From: an uncultured Verrucomicrobiales bacterium
Lineage (GTDB): Bacteria > Verrucomicrobiota > Verrucomicrobiia > Limisphaerales > Palsa-1400
Assembly (NCBI GenBank): GCA_903927905.1
Contig: CAIYOY010000383.1
Coordinates: forward strand, 2,080 to 66,079
Direction of reading: 5' to 3'
DNA: 64,000 nt
Part shown: piece after piece, positions 1-10,524 of the stretch
How positions within the stretch are numbered: the stretch's first letter is position 1
Layout of the letters: every line of letters begins with the position of its first letter
Program-made: the position numbers and the translations under genes
The notes under the pieces: generated by a model
Seen by the model: only the letters and a program-made list of their open reading frames with translations
Told to the model about the DNA's origin: nothing
The model's database searches: none

Positions 1-2
1 AT

Positions 3-668
3 CTTTTCAACGTCGTCATCCAAAGCGGGGCCGTCGCCGCCGTGATCCCGCTTTTTTGGCCCCGCTTGCGCCAATTTATTTTCCAATGGCGCGAACCGGC
101 CGTTTTTCAGATGATCCAGAAAGTTTTCGTCGCCTTCGCCCTGACCTGCGTCGGCGGTTATGTTCTGGAAAAGAAACACGTTAAACTGCCCGAACAACTC
201 ACGCCCGTGGCCATCGCGTTGCTGGTGGGGGGGATACTGTTTCTCCTCGTCGAATTTTGGCTGCGCGGCAAACCGGCGCGCAACGAAATCACCTGGACCA
301 TTGCCCTGGCGGTGGGCTTCGCCCAACTGCTGGCCGCCGTTTTCCCCGGCACCTCGCGTTCCGGCGCAACCATTTTGATTTCATTAGTCCTCGGCCTGGG
401 CCGCCCGCTGGCGACCGAGTTTTCATTTCTGGTCGGCATCCCCACGATGTTCGCAGCGGGTTCCTTGAAAATCTTCAAAGCCTTTCATCATCCCGTCGTT
501 CCAGTCCATGAAAATTGGACCAATCTGCTGATTGCCACCGTCGTCGCCGCCATCGTTTCCTTCATCGCAGTCAAATGGTTGCTGCGCTATGTCCAAACCC
601 ATTCCTTTGTCGGCTTCGGCTGGTACCGCATTGCCCTGGGTGTTTTGATTCTGGCGGCCTGGGTCTAA
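3..668 (+). CDS. uppP: Undecaprenyl-diphosphate phosphatase (5'-truncated by the window edge)
   Basis: Frame is open from base 3 (LFNVVIQSGAVAAV). It has the PGTSRSGATI and ATEFSFLVGIP motifs, a C-terminal FGWYRI and multiple TM helices. Confidence 0.95.
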   Translation, partial: LFNVVIQSGAVAAVIPLFWPRLRQFIFQWREPAVFQMIQKVFVAFALTCVGGYVLEKKHVKLPEQLTPVAIALLVGGILFLLVEFWLRGKPARNEITWTIALAVGFAQLLAAVFPGTSRSGATILISLVLGLGRPLATEFSFLVGIPTMFAAGSLKIFKAFHHPVVPVHENWTNLLIATVVAAIVSFIAVKWLLRYVQTHSFVGFGWYRIALGVLILAAWV

Positions 669-1663
669 TTACCTTTGGCCCAAGCCAAACCATCCGTTCC
701 CGGCCCGGTCTTGATCAACTTGGCCACCTTCCAGTTCTTCGTGTCAATCACCACCACTTGCTGGCTGGCATCGCAGGAAACATAGGCTTCGCCGCCGTCG
801 GGCCGGACAATCACTTCCTGCGGAGTCTTCGGCACATCAATGGTTGCTGCCATTTTCATCGCCGCCAAATCAATCACGCCCACCTTGTTCAACTTGATCA
901 GCACGACCAACAAATGTTTGCCGTCCGGCGTCGCTGCCGTGCCGTAACCGATGCCGGGCATTTCAATCCGGTTCGCCACTTTCCGAGTGGCGGTATCCAC
1001 CACCACCAATTCCGGTTTGGTTTGGTCGGAGGTAAAGGCCCAGCGATCATCCACCGACAGCGAAATCCGTTGCGTCTTCGGCGCGATCGGGATCACCGCC
1101 AAAACCTTCTTCGCCGCAATATCAATCACCGACATCGTTCCCGGTCCGACATTGGCCGTGTAAGCAAAACGGTTGTCGCTGGAAATCGCGAACATGTGCG
1201 ATTCGGTTTGCTCCGTCGGCAGCGCGCCCAGAACTTTCAAGGTTTTCGGATCAATCACCGAAATGGAGTTTTCGATTTCCGTGCCGACGTAGAGCAGATG
1301 ATCTTTCGGCCCGAAGACCGCGCAATGCGGACGAACGCCTTTCCCGAAATCCACCGTCCCGACGATCTTATGCGCCGCGATATCAATCACCCGGACCAAT
1401 TGCCCATCCGTCCCCGGTTTGCCCACGCCGGCATTCCCATAAATCGGCACATACGCGAGCTTGCCGTCCGGCGACGCCACCACTTCATGCCCGGTCACGC
1501 CATCCTCTTCCACCGTGGCGATGACCTGGCCCGCGATGGGGTCAACGATGGCAAGCGTGTGGTTGCCTTTATTGGCCACGAGTAAATAACCGGACGAATC
1601 CATGGCCGAAGTTTGCCGGGCCAGCCCTGCCGCCAGCAACAAAATAGAGAAGGTCAATTTCAT
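665..1663 (-). CDS. Secreted YVTN/YncE-like beta-propeller protein
   Basis: Signal peptide MKLTFSILLLAAGLA and repeated blades such as SPDGKLAYV, NSISVIDPKTLKV and RPDGGEAYVS. Start moved to ATG 1663. Confidence 0.8.
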   Translation of the reverse strand: MKLTFSILLLAAGLARQTSAMDSSGYLLVANKGNHTLAIVDPIAGQVIATVEEDGVTGHEVVASPDGKLAYVPIYGNAGVGKPGTDGQLVRVIDIAAHKIVGTVDFGKGVRPHCAVFGPKDHLLYVGTEIENSISVIDPKTLKVLGALPTEQTESHMFAISSDNRFAYTANVGPGTMSVIDIAAKKVLAVIPIAPKTQRISLSVDDRWAFTSDQTKPELVVVDTATRKVANRIEMPGIGYGTAATPDGKHLLVVLIKLNKVGVIDLAAMKMAATIDVPKTPQEVIVRPDGGEAYVSCDASQQVVVIDTKNWKVAKLIKTGPGTDGLAWAKGN

Positions 1664-1935
1664 ATCTGAAACAATTGACCGGAGGGAAATAGAAGTCAAA
1701 GCGAACTGCGTGAACGGGTGCAAATAAAAGTGATGGTCCGTACTGACGCTCGTCAGCCCATTCCATATTGACCTTAACTTTTAATCGCCCCCGTTCTGGC
1801 GATGGGAATGGACAAGGAATAAACAAGCCTTTAACCTAAAACGAAACCCAGCTTTTATTCGAGGACTGGCATGAACGCCTGAACAATGGGGATAACGTTG
1901 GGCTGTCGCTGCTCTCCGATAGATCAGCTATTTGC

Positions 1936-4875
1936 ATGAATATAAACTCGTTCATTTCAACTGCTCGGAATTTTTTCCGTTGTCGCTTCACGGTCGGTTT
2001 ACTCCTGTGGGTCACGTTTGTTCGGGCCGAGGCGGCGCCGAGTCCAGCTCCAGCCAAATCCGCCATCACCTCCCCGCCAGTTTCACCCACAGAGTCGCTC
2101 GCAAAAATCCATTTGCCGCCGGGCTTCTCCGCCGATCTCGTCGCCGCCGAACCGTTGCTCGAATCACCAGTCGCGATTGATTGGGACGATCGCGGGCGGT
2201 TGTGGGTCGTGGAAATGGTGGATTATCCGATGGGCATGGATGGCAAACAAAAACCCGGCGGTCGCATCCGCGTATTGGAAGATACCAAAGGCACCGGACA
2301 CTACGACAAGTCCACCATTTTCGCCGACGGCCTCAATTTCCCCACCGGCCTGCTCGTTTGGCGCGATGGCGTCCTCGTCACCGCCGCGCCGGATATTCTT
2401 TTTCTCAAAGACACCGATGGCGATGGCAAGGCCGATGTCAAACAGGTGTTGCTCACCGGTTTTTCCCAGGGCAACCAGCAGCTTCGCGTTAATGGCTTGC
2501 GCTGGGGACTCGATAACTGGGTGTATTGCGCCAGCGGTTCGCATGACAGCGGTTACGGCAACGAAACCAAAATCAAATCGCTCTTGACCGGCAAAGGCTA
2601 CGCGCTGGGCAATCACGATTTTCGTTTCCGACCGGACACGGGCGAGGTGATCGCCGAGACCGGACCGTCGCAATTCGGGCGCAACCCGGATGATTGGGGT
2701 TATTGGTTTGGCGAGATGAATTCGTGGCCCATCTGGCATTACGTTTTGCAGGATCGTTACATCAGCCGCAATCCGTATGTTCCTGCGCCCGATCCCGAGC
2801 ACCAGATCGTCACGCCCAAAAATCCGCCGGTCTATCCCGCGAGCAAACAGGAAAAGCGCTATCACAGTTTCACCGACGCAGGACATTTTACCTCCGCATG
2901 TTCCGCCACCATTTACCGTGACGAACTCCTTTTCGGCCCCGGCCCGAATCGACACGCCTTCACCTGCGAACCGTTTTCCAACCTCGTGCAACACAACATC
3001 GTCACGGATGAAGGCGTGACCTTCACCTCACATCGCGATCCGAAAGAGAAAACGGATTTCTTCGCCAGTGAAGATCGCTGGTGCCGCCCGGTGATGACAC
3101 GCACCGGTCCTGACGGCGCGCTCTGGGTGGTGGACATGTACCGCTACATCATTGAGCATCCCGAGTGGCTGCCGGCCGAAGGACGCGCGGAACTGATGCC
3201 GCATTACCGTCTGGGCCAGGAACGCGGTCGCATCTATCGCGTTTTCCCCGGTCAACAGCCACCAGCCATCCCTCGCCAACTAGGCCAACTCTCCGCCGCA
3301 GAACTAGTCAATGCGCTTGACTCCAGCAACGGCTGGCAGCGCGACAAGGCGCAGATGATGCTTTTCTGGAAACACGATCTCAGCGTCGGGCCGCTCCTCG
3401 TCAAGATGGCCATGGCAAGCAAGAATCCCATGGCGCGGCTCCATTCACTTTGGACGCTGGACGGGTTGTGCATACTAGAACCCGATTTAATCGAGCGCGC
3501 GCTGGCCGATCCGCATCCGGCGGTGCGCATCAACGCGCTGCGACTCGCAGAGTCGCGCTCCGGGCCGAACGTCATTAAAGCGGCCGTTCGACTGATGAAC
3601 GACAAAGATCCGAAAGTCCGCCTGCAACTCGCCTGTTCGTTGGGCGAATGGACCGACCCGCGCGCCGGAGCCGCGCTCGCGCGTCTCGCCGTGACCGATC
3701 ACGACGACAAATACATGCTCGCCGCCATCATGAGTTCCGCCGTGCCGCACAGCGCCGCGCTGGTGGATGCGGCGATTTCCGTGGGCGGAGCGCTTTCTGA
3801 ACAGGTGGTGAGTCTGGCCCTGGGTCTGAATCAGCGCGATGCTCTTGCTCGATTATTGACACCCACACTCATCGCCACGGACGGGAAATTCACCGCCGCG
3901 CAAATGGATGCCTTCAGCCAATTCCTCGACCGCCTGACCCGGCGCAAAACTTCCCTCGCGGAAATGAGCAAAGACAAAGACCTGCTCACCGATATTTTAG
4001 CCAAGGCCAGCAGTCTGTTCGAATTCGCCAGGACGGACAAATCGCTCTCCGCCGTCGGATTAATGGCCCGCGACCCGGATCACCGGGTGGAAACGGTGAC
4101 CGCGCTGGCCACGATGATCACCCCGCAAACTCCGAGCGAAATCCAGGCCGCCGCCGTTCACGATCTCGCCGTCACCGGCGATGATAAAGTTCCCGACCTG
4201 CTGCTGGCCGCGTGGCCCGGCTTCGGCGCAGAAACCCGTCTCGCGGTGTTGGATGAATTATTGGGCCGCGAGCCGTGGGCCTTTGCGTTGGTGCAAAACA
4301 TTGCCGACGGAAAAATCGGCGCCAGTTCTTTCGACGCCAGCCGTCGCGGGCGATTGATGCGTTATCCCTCGCCCCGGGTGAAGGAACTGGCCAAGACCGC
4401 GTTCAAAGCCACCACCTCACGCGCCACCGTCATGGCCGATTTCCAACCGGCCCTCGCGCTCACCGGCGATTCGCTCCGTGGCCGCGCCGTCTTCGCCAAA
4501 CTCTGCGTCTCCTGTCACAAACTCGCGGGCCTCGGCAACGAAGTCGGCCCCAACCTCCAGTCCGTCGCCAACCATCCCTCGGAAAAATTGCTCGTCTCCA
4601 TCCTTGATCCGAACGCGAGCATCGAGCCGGGTTACGTCGCCTATTCCTGCAAACTGACCGACGACGAAGAACTCTACGGCATCATCGCCGCCGAAACCGG
4701 CAACAGCCTGCTCTTCAAAATGGCCGACGGAAAATCGCGCACCCTCCTGCGCTCCGACATCGCGTCGCTCCGCAGCTCAAATCTGTCTCTCATGCCGGAA
4801 GGGTTGGAAGCTGGTTTGAGCAAGCAGGATTTGGCTGATTTGATTCATTTTCTGCAAAGTCCAATACAGCCTTGA
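1936..4875 (+). CDS. PVC-type membrane-bound dehydrogenase-like propeller / HEAT / heme c (CxxCH) protein
   Basis: LVAAEPLLESPVAIDWDDRGRLWVVEMVDYP, GPDGALWVVDMYR, HEAT-like repeats, CVSCH heme motif and C-terminal SLMPEGLE. Confidence 0.88.
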   Translation: MNINSFISTARNFFRCRFTVGLLLWVTFVRAEAAPSPAPAKSAITSPPVSPTESLAKIHLPPGFSADLVAAEPLLESPVAIDWDDRGRLWVVEMVDYPMGMDGKQKPGGRIRVLEDTKGTGHYDKSTIFADGLNFPTGLLVWRDGVLVTAAPDILFLKDTDGDGKADVKQVLLTGFSQGNQQLRVNGLRWGLDNWVYCASGSHDSGYGNETKIKSLLTGKGYALGNHDFRFRPDTGEVIAETGPSQFGRNPDDWGYWFGEMNSWPIWHYVLQDRYISRNPYVPAPDPEHQIVTPKNPPVYPASKQEKRYHSFTDAGHFTSACSATIYRDELLFGPGPNRHAFTCEPFSNLVQHNIVTDEGVTFTSHRDPKEKTDFFASEDRWCRPVMTRTGPDGALWVVDMYRYIIEHPEWLPAEGRAELMPHYRLGQERGRIYRVFPGQQPPAIPRQLGQLSAAELVNALDSSNGWQRDKAQMMLFWKHDLSVGPLLVKMAMASKNPMARLHSLWTLDGLCILEPDLIERALADPHPAVRINALRLAESRSGPNVIKAAVRLMNDKDPKVRLQLACSLGEWTDPRAGAALARLAVTDHDDKYMLAAIMSSAVPHSAALVDAAISVGGALSEQVVSLALGLNQRDALARLLTPTLIATDGKFTAAQMDAFSQFLDRLTRRKTSLAEMSKDKDLLTDILAKASSLFEFARTDKSLSAVGLMARDPDHRVETVTALATMITPQTPSEIQAAAVHDLAVTGDDKVPDLLLAAWPGFGAETRLAVLDELLGREPWAFALVQNIADGKIGASSFDASRRGRLMRYPSPRVKELAKTAFKATTSRATVMADFQPALALTGDSLRGRAVFAKLCVSCHKLAGLGNEVGPNLQSVANHPSEKLLVSILDPNASIEPGYVAYSCKLTDDEELYGIIAAETGNSLLFKMADGKSRTLLRSDIASLRSSNLSLMPEGLEAGLSKQDLADLIHFLQSPIQP

Positions 4876-4969
4876 TAACGGGTCAGGGAAATTTTAATAT
4901 ACACGCAAGTGACAGGCGCGTCCGAAGGGGCGGCAACGGATCAGTAGTCTGAATTTAAAAACCAAGCCA

Positions 4970-7234
4970 ATGAAAGGGTCTGGCATAAAGATGCAATGGA
5001 AACGTTTCGAAAAAACGTTTGCTTGGATATTGTTACTGACAGCCGCGCTTTGGTCACCGTGCGCTCACGCGCAACTGGTGGCTGACGGCCAGACAAATAT
5101 ATTGGATGGAACAACGGTCACCTTGACCAAGGTGATCGCCGTTGGCACCAACGGCACCCTCACTCGATTGATTCTGACCAACGGAGCCACGATCATCAGC
5201 AGCAACGTGACCGAAATCATCGGTTATAACCAGTCTGCTAAAACAAACAGGGTCGTTGTCAGCGGCCCCGGTTCGGCCTGGACAGGAATAAGCAATTTTT
5301 TTGTTGGCCTGAATGGTTCTTTCAATGAATTGGATATTCTTGATGGCGGACTCGTCTCTGATGCATCGGGATATTTGGGTTATAATACACCGAGCAGCAA
5401 CAACCTTGCCTTGATATCAGGAACCGGTTCTGTGTGGTCGAACAGCGCCCTTTTTGGATTGGGGTATGGCGGGAGCCGCAACCAGATAATCGTCACCAAC
5501 GGAGGGACATTTTATGGTGGAAGCTCGACCAATAATGGCACCAGCAACATGTCCGGCACTAACACCGTTACCATCACCGGCACCAACTCGAGTTGGATCG
5601 GAGGAAATGGCTTGTCCACGTTTGGGCAAGGAGGAACTCAATTATTGATCAAAAATGGCGGCTTATTGAACCTCTCTGCCAGGACGTTGGAGATTGGTCC
5701 TTCCACATCCCCCGATTATCTCACAGTGGCCGATCCCGGATCTTTGCTTCTATGCCGACAATTTCTTATAGACACTTTAAGCCCAAGCAATCAGTGCGTA
5801 ATCAGCAACGGAGCAACGCTCCGGATAGCCACTTCCAATGGTCCTGCGTGGGCGGATATTCAGGGCACGGGCACCAAAGTAACTGTCACCGGAGCAGGAT
5901 CTGTTTGGACCAATGATTACGATATGAATTTTGGTGACGTTTCCAACGTCCTCCTCATCGCCAATGGCGGGAGGGTTTTTGATCGAAATGCCTCTATTTT
6001 ATCCACCACTCACGTGACCGTATCCGGGACCAATTCCCTCTGGAATAATGCGGGCCAATTGCAACTCTGGTCTCCTTATTTGCAACTATTCATCACCAAT
6101 GGCGGAAATATGATCGATAATTCCTGCTACATGGGGCTGGGCAATGATTTAGACAATTGTTATGCGCTGGTTACCGGGGGTGGTTCCGTCTGGAGCAATC
6201 AGACCTTTTTGGACGTAGGAGGGCAATTGGTTATATCCAATTCCGGCACACTGGTGGCGCAAAATTTGACCCTTCAAAACGACAGCACTTACAACAGCAA
6301 TTACGTTACGGTGACCGGAGGCAATTTAATCGTGACGAACAACAACTCCGGAAATCTCTATGTTCAAGGTGGAACCCTGACCCTTAGCTCAGGATTGATC
6401 CAATGCGACACGCTTTCATTAAGCAATAGCAACTCGGGCAGATTCATTTTCAATGCTGGAACAGTGCTGGCTCATAATTTCATTTATCGCAACATGACCA
6501 ACATGGTCGTTGGCAACGGCACCAACGCGGCCACCCTCAATCTCACTGCGGCTGGCGGCAGTGGGGGGAGTCACCAATTTCTCAGCGGCCTGTTTGTTTC
6601 AAGCAACGCCCTATTGACCGGAGTGGGCACGATCAATGGGAATATTTATATCAGAGCAGGCGGAACGTTTTCTCCCGGCACCACAGACATCCTTTCACTG
6701 ACGGCCAGCAATGGATTGGTCTTGAGCAACGGCAGCTTCACGCTTCTCGGATTGAAACCGGGCACCAGCCAAAATTATCACGTGGATGGACTGACGAATG
6801 TGGTTTTTGGCGGCACGTTGCAATTGACCAATCTTGACGGGGGGGCCTATGGCGACGGCTTGAGTTTTGCGCTTTTCAATTCGACCCATTATTCCGGTGG
6901 TTTTAGTAATATCATCCCGTCGAATCCCGCTCCCGGACTTCGTTGGGACACAAATGAGCTGGCCGTGGATGGCACGCTGCGGATTTTTTCCACCAATACC
7001 CCCAGTCCGCACATCACTGGCACAGCCCAATCCAATGGGAATGTCGTGATCTCTGCCTCCGGTGGCATTTCTTACGACCCGTGCTACCTGTTGACGAGTA
7101 CCAATGTCGGCGCCCCAATCTCCAATTGGACCTGCATCGCCACAAATGCCTTCACCACGAACGGCGTCATCAGTTTTACCAACCTGATCAATATTGGAGT
7201 GCCTTCAAGTTTCTATCAACTCAAGGTCAATTGA
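4970..7234 (+). CDS. Secreted beta-helical repeat (adhesin/passenger-like) protein with C-terminal FYQLKVN domain
   Basis: Signal peptide ending AHA. Repeats of the form VxGxGSxWxN...LxIxNGG, Gly/Asn/Thr rich. No beta-barrel seen at the C-terminus. Confidence 0.75.
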   Translation: MKGSGIKMQWKRFEKTFAWILLLTAALWSPCAHAQLVADGQTNILDGTTVTLTKVIAVGTNGTLTRLILTNGATIISSNVTEIIGYNQSAKTNRVVVSGPGSAWTGISNFFVGLNGSFNELDILDGGLVSDASGYLGYNTPSSNNLALISGTGSVWSNSALFGLGYGGSRNQIIVTNGGTFYGGSSTNNGTSNMSGTNTVTITGTNSSWIGGNGLSTFGQGGTQLLIKNGGLLNLSARTLEIGPSTSPDYLTVADPGSLLLCRQFLIDTLSPSNQCVISNGATLRIATSNGPAWADIQGTGTKVTVTGAGSVWTNDYDMNFGDVSNVLLIANGGRVFDRNASILSTTHVTVSGTNSLWNNAGQLQLWSPYLQLFITNGGNMIDNSCYMGLGNDLDNCYALVTGGGSVWSNQTFLDVGGQLVISNSGTLVAQNLTLQNDSTYNSNYVTVTGGNLIVTNNNSGNLYVQGGTLTLSSGLIQCDTLSLSNSNSGRFIFNAGTVLAHNFIYRNMTNMVVGNGTNAATLNLTAAGGSGGSHQFLSGLFVSSNALLTGVGTINGNIYIRAGGTFSPGTTDILSLTASNGLVLSNGSFTLLGLKPGTSQNYHVDGLTNVVFGGTLQLTNLDGGAYGDGLSFALFNSTHYSGGFSNIIPSNPAPGLRWDTNELAVDGTLRIFSTNTPSPHITGTAQSNGNVVISASGGISYDPCYLLTSTNVGAPISNWTCIATNAFTTNGVISFTNLINIGVPSSFYQLKVN

Positions 7235-7296
7235 TCGGCCCTGATTCAAAACTCTGCACCAAATAATCCTGTCTGCGAATCTGTTTCCGGGTTACA

Positions 7297-10200
7297 TTGG
7301 CGGTAATTTCCACAGTTGTGTTTGACGCTTATCACATATCGGGATCGGTGGGTCGCTGGCCCAGCCTCGTTCCGCGAACACTTCTGATTTTGTTTTTACT
7401 GGCTACCCGGCCTGCGGCGATCCAGGCCGCCTATACCGGTTCCGTGGCGGTGGTCCCGGTCAATTCCTCCATTCAAAGCGCGGGCACCGAGATCATGGGC
7501 TCCGGCGGCGGCACCGGTAATTTTATTTATAAGGGCGGCGGCAATGCCGTGGACGCTGCGGTCGCGACCGCCTTGGCCGCATGCATCATAGTCCCCTCCA
7601 GTTGCAGCTTGGGCGGCTACGGCGGACATATGATGATCTGGAAATCTGGCTGGGACGGCGATCCGCAAAAGGCCACGTGCATTGATTTCAATACCGCCGC
7701 CGGTTCGCTCGCTTCCTCGAACATGTTCGTCGGCAGCGTCAATTTGACCAATGGCCACTGGACCGGCACCTTGCCCGCGGCCAATCTCGTCGGTTGGAAA
7801 ACAACCGGAGTTCCCGGCACGTTCGCGGGCTTATACATGGCCCAAACCAATTATGGACGGAAGATCAACGGCACGAATTTTTTTCCGTTCGCCGAAATCA
7901 TGAAGACCGCCCTCGCTCGCGTGGCCAACGGACAGGCCATCGCCACGCCGTATTACACTTTGACCAGCGTGAGCAATTTGCTCATGGACCTTTACACCAA
8001 TGCCGATCCCAACGCTGTTTTCTATACCGGCGATATCGCCCAAGCCATCGCCGCCACCATGCAAACCAACGGCGGACTCGTCACCTACGCCGACATGACG
8101 AATTATCGTCCGCGCGAAGTGACGCCGTACGCGCGCCACTTCAGTTGTCCCGGTGGCACGCCCGCAACGGTCTATATGGCACCGCTCGGTTCGTCCGGAC
8201 TTTCGGTCATGCAGGAACTCGCCATGATCGAAGCGCTCGGTTGGACCAATGGCCCGACCGGCACCTGGGACAATCTGCACTACTGGCATTCGCGCGCGGA
8301 AGTGGCACGCTTGAGTGTGAAGGACCATTATCAATGGATGGGCGATCCGTCGGCCGGAGTGACGCCGCCGGATTTTCTCGGCAACGGCAGCACCAATTTC
8401 TTCGATCAAATGCTGGCCCACGCCACAATCAGTTATTCTGCGGCTTGTCCCTGGGATGCGAACGAAATCCGGTTGACCAATAGCTACGCCAATTTGATCA
8501 CCGATGCTGTCAATCAACAAACCAATCTGACCATTTCCGTGGATTGGGATGACATTCGTTACGGCACTTGCAATATTTCCACTTCGGATCAATGGGGCAA
8601 TTGCGTCGCGGTCACTCTGAGCATGGGCGCGAGCTACGGCGCGCATGTGGCCGTGACCAATCGCGCCATCGTCTTTGGTCAGAGCATGGCGCTCTTCGAT
8701 GCGCGGCCCGGCTGGCCGAATTCCATCGCTCCCGGCAAACGTCCGGTGGATAATATGAGTCCTGCGATTGTCGTTCCCGATCTTCCAATTTCGCCCACGA
8801 ACGGTTCCGCCGGTGGCCGTCCGCCATTCGCCGTCGGCGCGGCAGGCGGTTCCACCATCGAAAATAATATGGCGATGCAGTTGGCCAAATATCTGATGGA
8901 CGGCCCGTCCAGCAGCACGGTGGATCCGGCTTATTGGTTGTATAATTTCGAAGCCAACACCGATATTTACATGCTGCCATCGTTTCCCGCCGGCGTGGCG
9001 AGTTATCTGAATTCCGTGGGTTTTGCCACTTCCACAAGCCCTCCGGAAACCGGCCTCGTGTCCCACGTCGAAGCCTGGATTGCTCCCGCCATTTTGACGC
9101 CACCCACCGGCAGCAACATCACCAGCGGCAGTTCAATTTCTTTGGCCGTGACCGCCACGGGTTTGCCCTTGTTTTACCAATGGTCCACGAATGGCGTCCC
9201 GCTGAGCGATGGCGGAAGCATCACCGGCAGTCAAACATCACAACTCAACATTTCTGCCATCGCCCAGGGCGCGGCTTATACTGTGACAGTCAGTAATGGT
9301 GCCGGAATCGTGACCAGTTCTGCGGCAAATCTGACCGTTGATGGCAAACCCGCCATCGTCACGCAACCCGCCAGCCTGACCAATGCCATCGGCTCTACCA
9401 CGACGTTTTCCGTTTCCGCCATTGGAAACAATCTCGCGTATCAGTGGATGAAAAATGGTTCGCCGCTCGCCGCCACCAACAGCGCATTGATTCTGACCAA
9501 CGTTTACGACCAAGCCTCCTACTCGGTCGTGATCACCAACGTCCAGGGCAGCGTCACCAGCGCCATAGCGACCTTGACCATCGTGCTGCCAAACACCCTG
9601 CTGCTCTATGAGCCATTCGATTACACAAATGTCGGCAGCTCCGTCAGTGCTAACACGCCGACGAACTGGACCTTCGGCGGCTCCGGCGCCGACGATCTGA
9701 ATGTCGCCAGCGGAAACCTTTCCTATCCGGGGTTGGCGGCCTCCATCGGCAATAGCGTGACCAACGGCGGCGCGGGCCTCGGCGTCCGCCGTTTGCTCGG
9801 CACCAATATCAGCGGCGGCAAAATTTATTTCTCCGCCTTGCTGCGCATCAATGATCTCGGCTTCGGCTCGTGGAACGGCCAGACCTCCAGCCTCGCGTCC
9901 CTGACCGCGCCTGACAACACCAGCTTTCGCCTCCAGGTCATTGTCAAATCAAATTCGCCCAACGGCTATCTCATCGGCACCCAAAAAAGCGGGACCGGCG
10001 CGACTTCCACTCTGGACACGACCGAACGTCATGCCGGTGACACTTTATTTCTGGTCGGCAAATACGATTTCACCGTCACGCCCAACGTGGCGAAATTATG
10101 GGTTAATCCCGCCGTCTTCGGCTCAGTCACCGAACCTTCCAACGGCGCTATCACCGCCACGAACGGTCTGGACGGTTTCACCATTGATCGCTTTAACCTC

Positions 10201-10518
10201 CGTCAAAACGCCGCCACCGGCAGCTTCAGTGTGCCGACATCAGTGCAATGGGATGAACTGCGTTTCGGTCTCGCATGGTCCGACGTCACGCCGCCCGCGC
10301 TGGTGACGTTGACTGGCTCCGCCCGGGCCGGTCCCGGGTCGTTTCAATTCTCCTATACCAATCTTAGCGGCCTGACCTACACCGTTTTCGCCGCCACGAA
10401 TTTGATCGATTGGAACGCCATCGGGCAGGCCACGCAGATTTCATCCGGGATTTTTCAATTCACCGATTCCGCGACCGCGAATTTTCCTTATCGTTTCTAC
10501 CAACTGCGTTCACCCTGA
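7297..10518 (+). CDS. Gamma-glutamyltransferase-family Ntn hydrolase fused to two Ig-like domains, a beta-sandwich domain and a C-terminal FYQLRSP domain
   Basis: GGNAVDAAVATA, GVPGT, NGGLVTYADMTNY, nucleophile region GTCNISTSDQWGN, APGKRP and GAAGG. Ig motifs YQWxxNG...YxVxVxN. Start codon uncertain. Confidence 0.85.
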   Translation: MAVISTVVFDAYHISGSVGRWPSLVPRTLLILFLLATRPAAIQAAYTGSVAVVPVNSSIQSAGTEIMGSGGGTGNFIYKGGGNAVDAAVATALAACIIVPSSCSLGGYGGHMMIWKSGWDGDPQKATCIDFNTAAGSLASSNMFVGSVNLTNGHWTGTLPAANLVGWKTTGVPGTFAGLYMAQTNYGRKINGTNFFPFAEIMKTALARVANGQAIATPYYTLTSVSNLLMDLYTNADPNAVFYTGDIAQAIAATMQTNGGLVTYADMTNYRPREVTPYARHFSCPGGTPATVYMAPLGSSGLSVMQELAMIEALGWTNGPTGTWDNLHYWHSRAEVARLSVKDHYQWMGDPSAGVTPPDFLGNGSTNFFDQMLAHATISYSAACPWDANEIRLTNSYANLITDAVNQQTNLTISVDWDDIRYGTCNISTSDQWGNCVAVTLSMGASYGAHVAVTNRAIVFGQSMALFDARPGWPNSIAPGKRPVDNMSPAIVVPDLPISPTNGSAGGRPPFAVGAAGGSTIENNMAMQLAKYLMDGPSSSTVDPAYWLYNFEANTDIYMLPSFPAGVASYLNSVGFATSTSPPETGLVSHVEAWIAPAILTPPTGSNITSGSSISLAVTATGLPLFYQWSTNGVPLSDGGSITGSQTSQLNISAIAQGAAYTVTVSNGAGIVTSSAANLTVDGKPAIVTQPASLTNAIGSTTTFSVSAIGNNLAYQWMKNGSPLAATNSALILTNVYDQASYSVVITNVQGSVTSAIATLTIVLPNTLLLYEPFDYTNVGSSVSANTPTNWTFGGSGADDLNVASGNLSYPGLAASIGNSVTNGGAGLGVRRLLGTNISGGKIYFSALLRINDLGFGSWNGQTSSLASLTAPDNTSFRLQVIVKSNSPNGYLIGTQKSGTGATSTLDTTERHAGDTLFLVGKYDFTVTPNVAKLWVNPAVFGSVTEPSNGAITATNGLDGFTIDRFNLRQNAATGSFSVPTSVQWDELRFGLAWSDVTPPALVTLTGSARAGPGSFQFSYTNLSGLTYTVFAATNLIDWNAIGQATQISSGIFQFTDSATANFPYRFYQLRSP

Positions 10519-10524
10519 TTCACC

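Noticed and set aside
515-1585. Long antisense ORFs (also 7831-9066, 33188-34594, 35111-36547, 38835-40190, 46557-47594, 55205-56266, 58515-59861)
   Set aside because: Shadow frames opposite well-supported genes, as expected in GC-rich DNA.
4970-7234. Classical autotransporter
   Set aside because: It has passenger-like repeats but no ~280-aa C-terminal beta-barrel or terminal aromatic residue.
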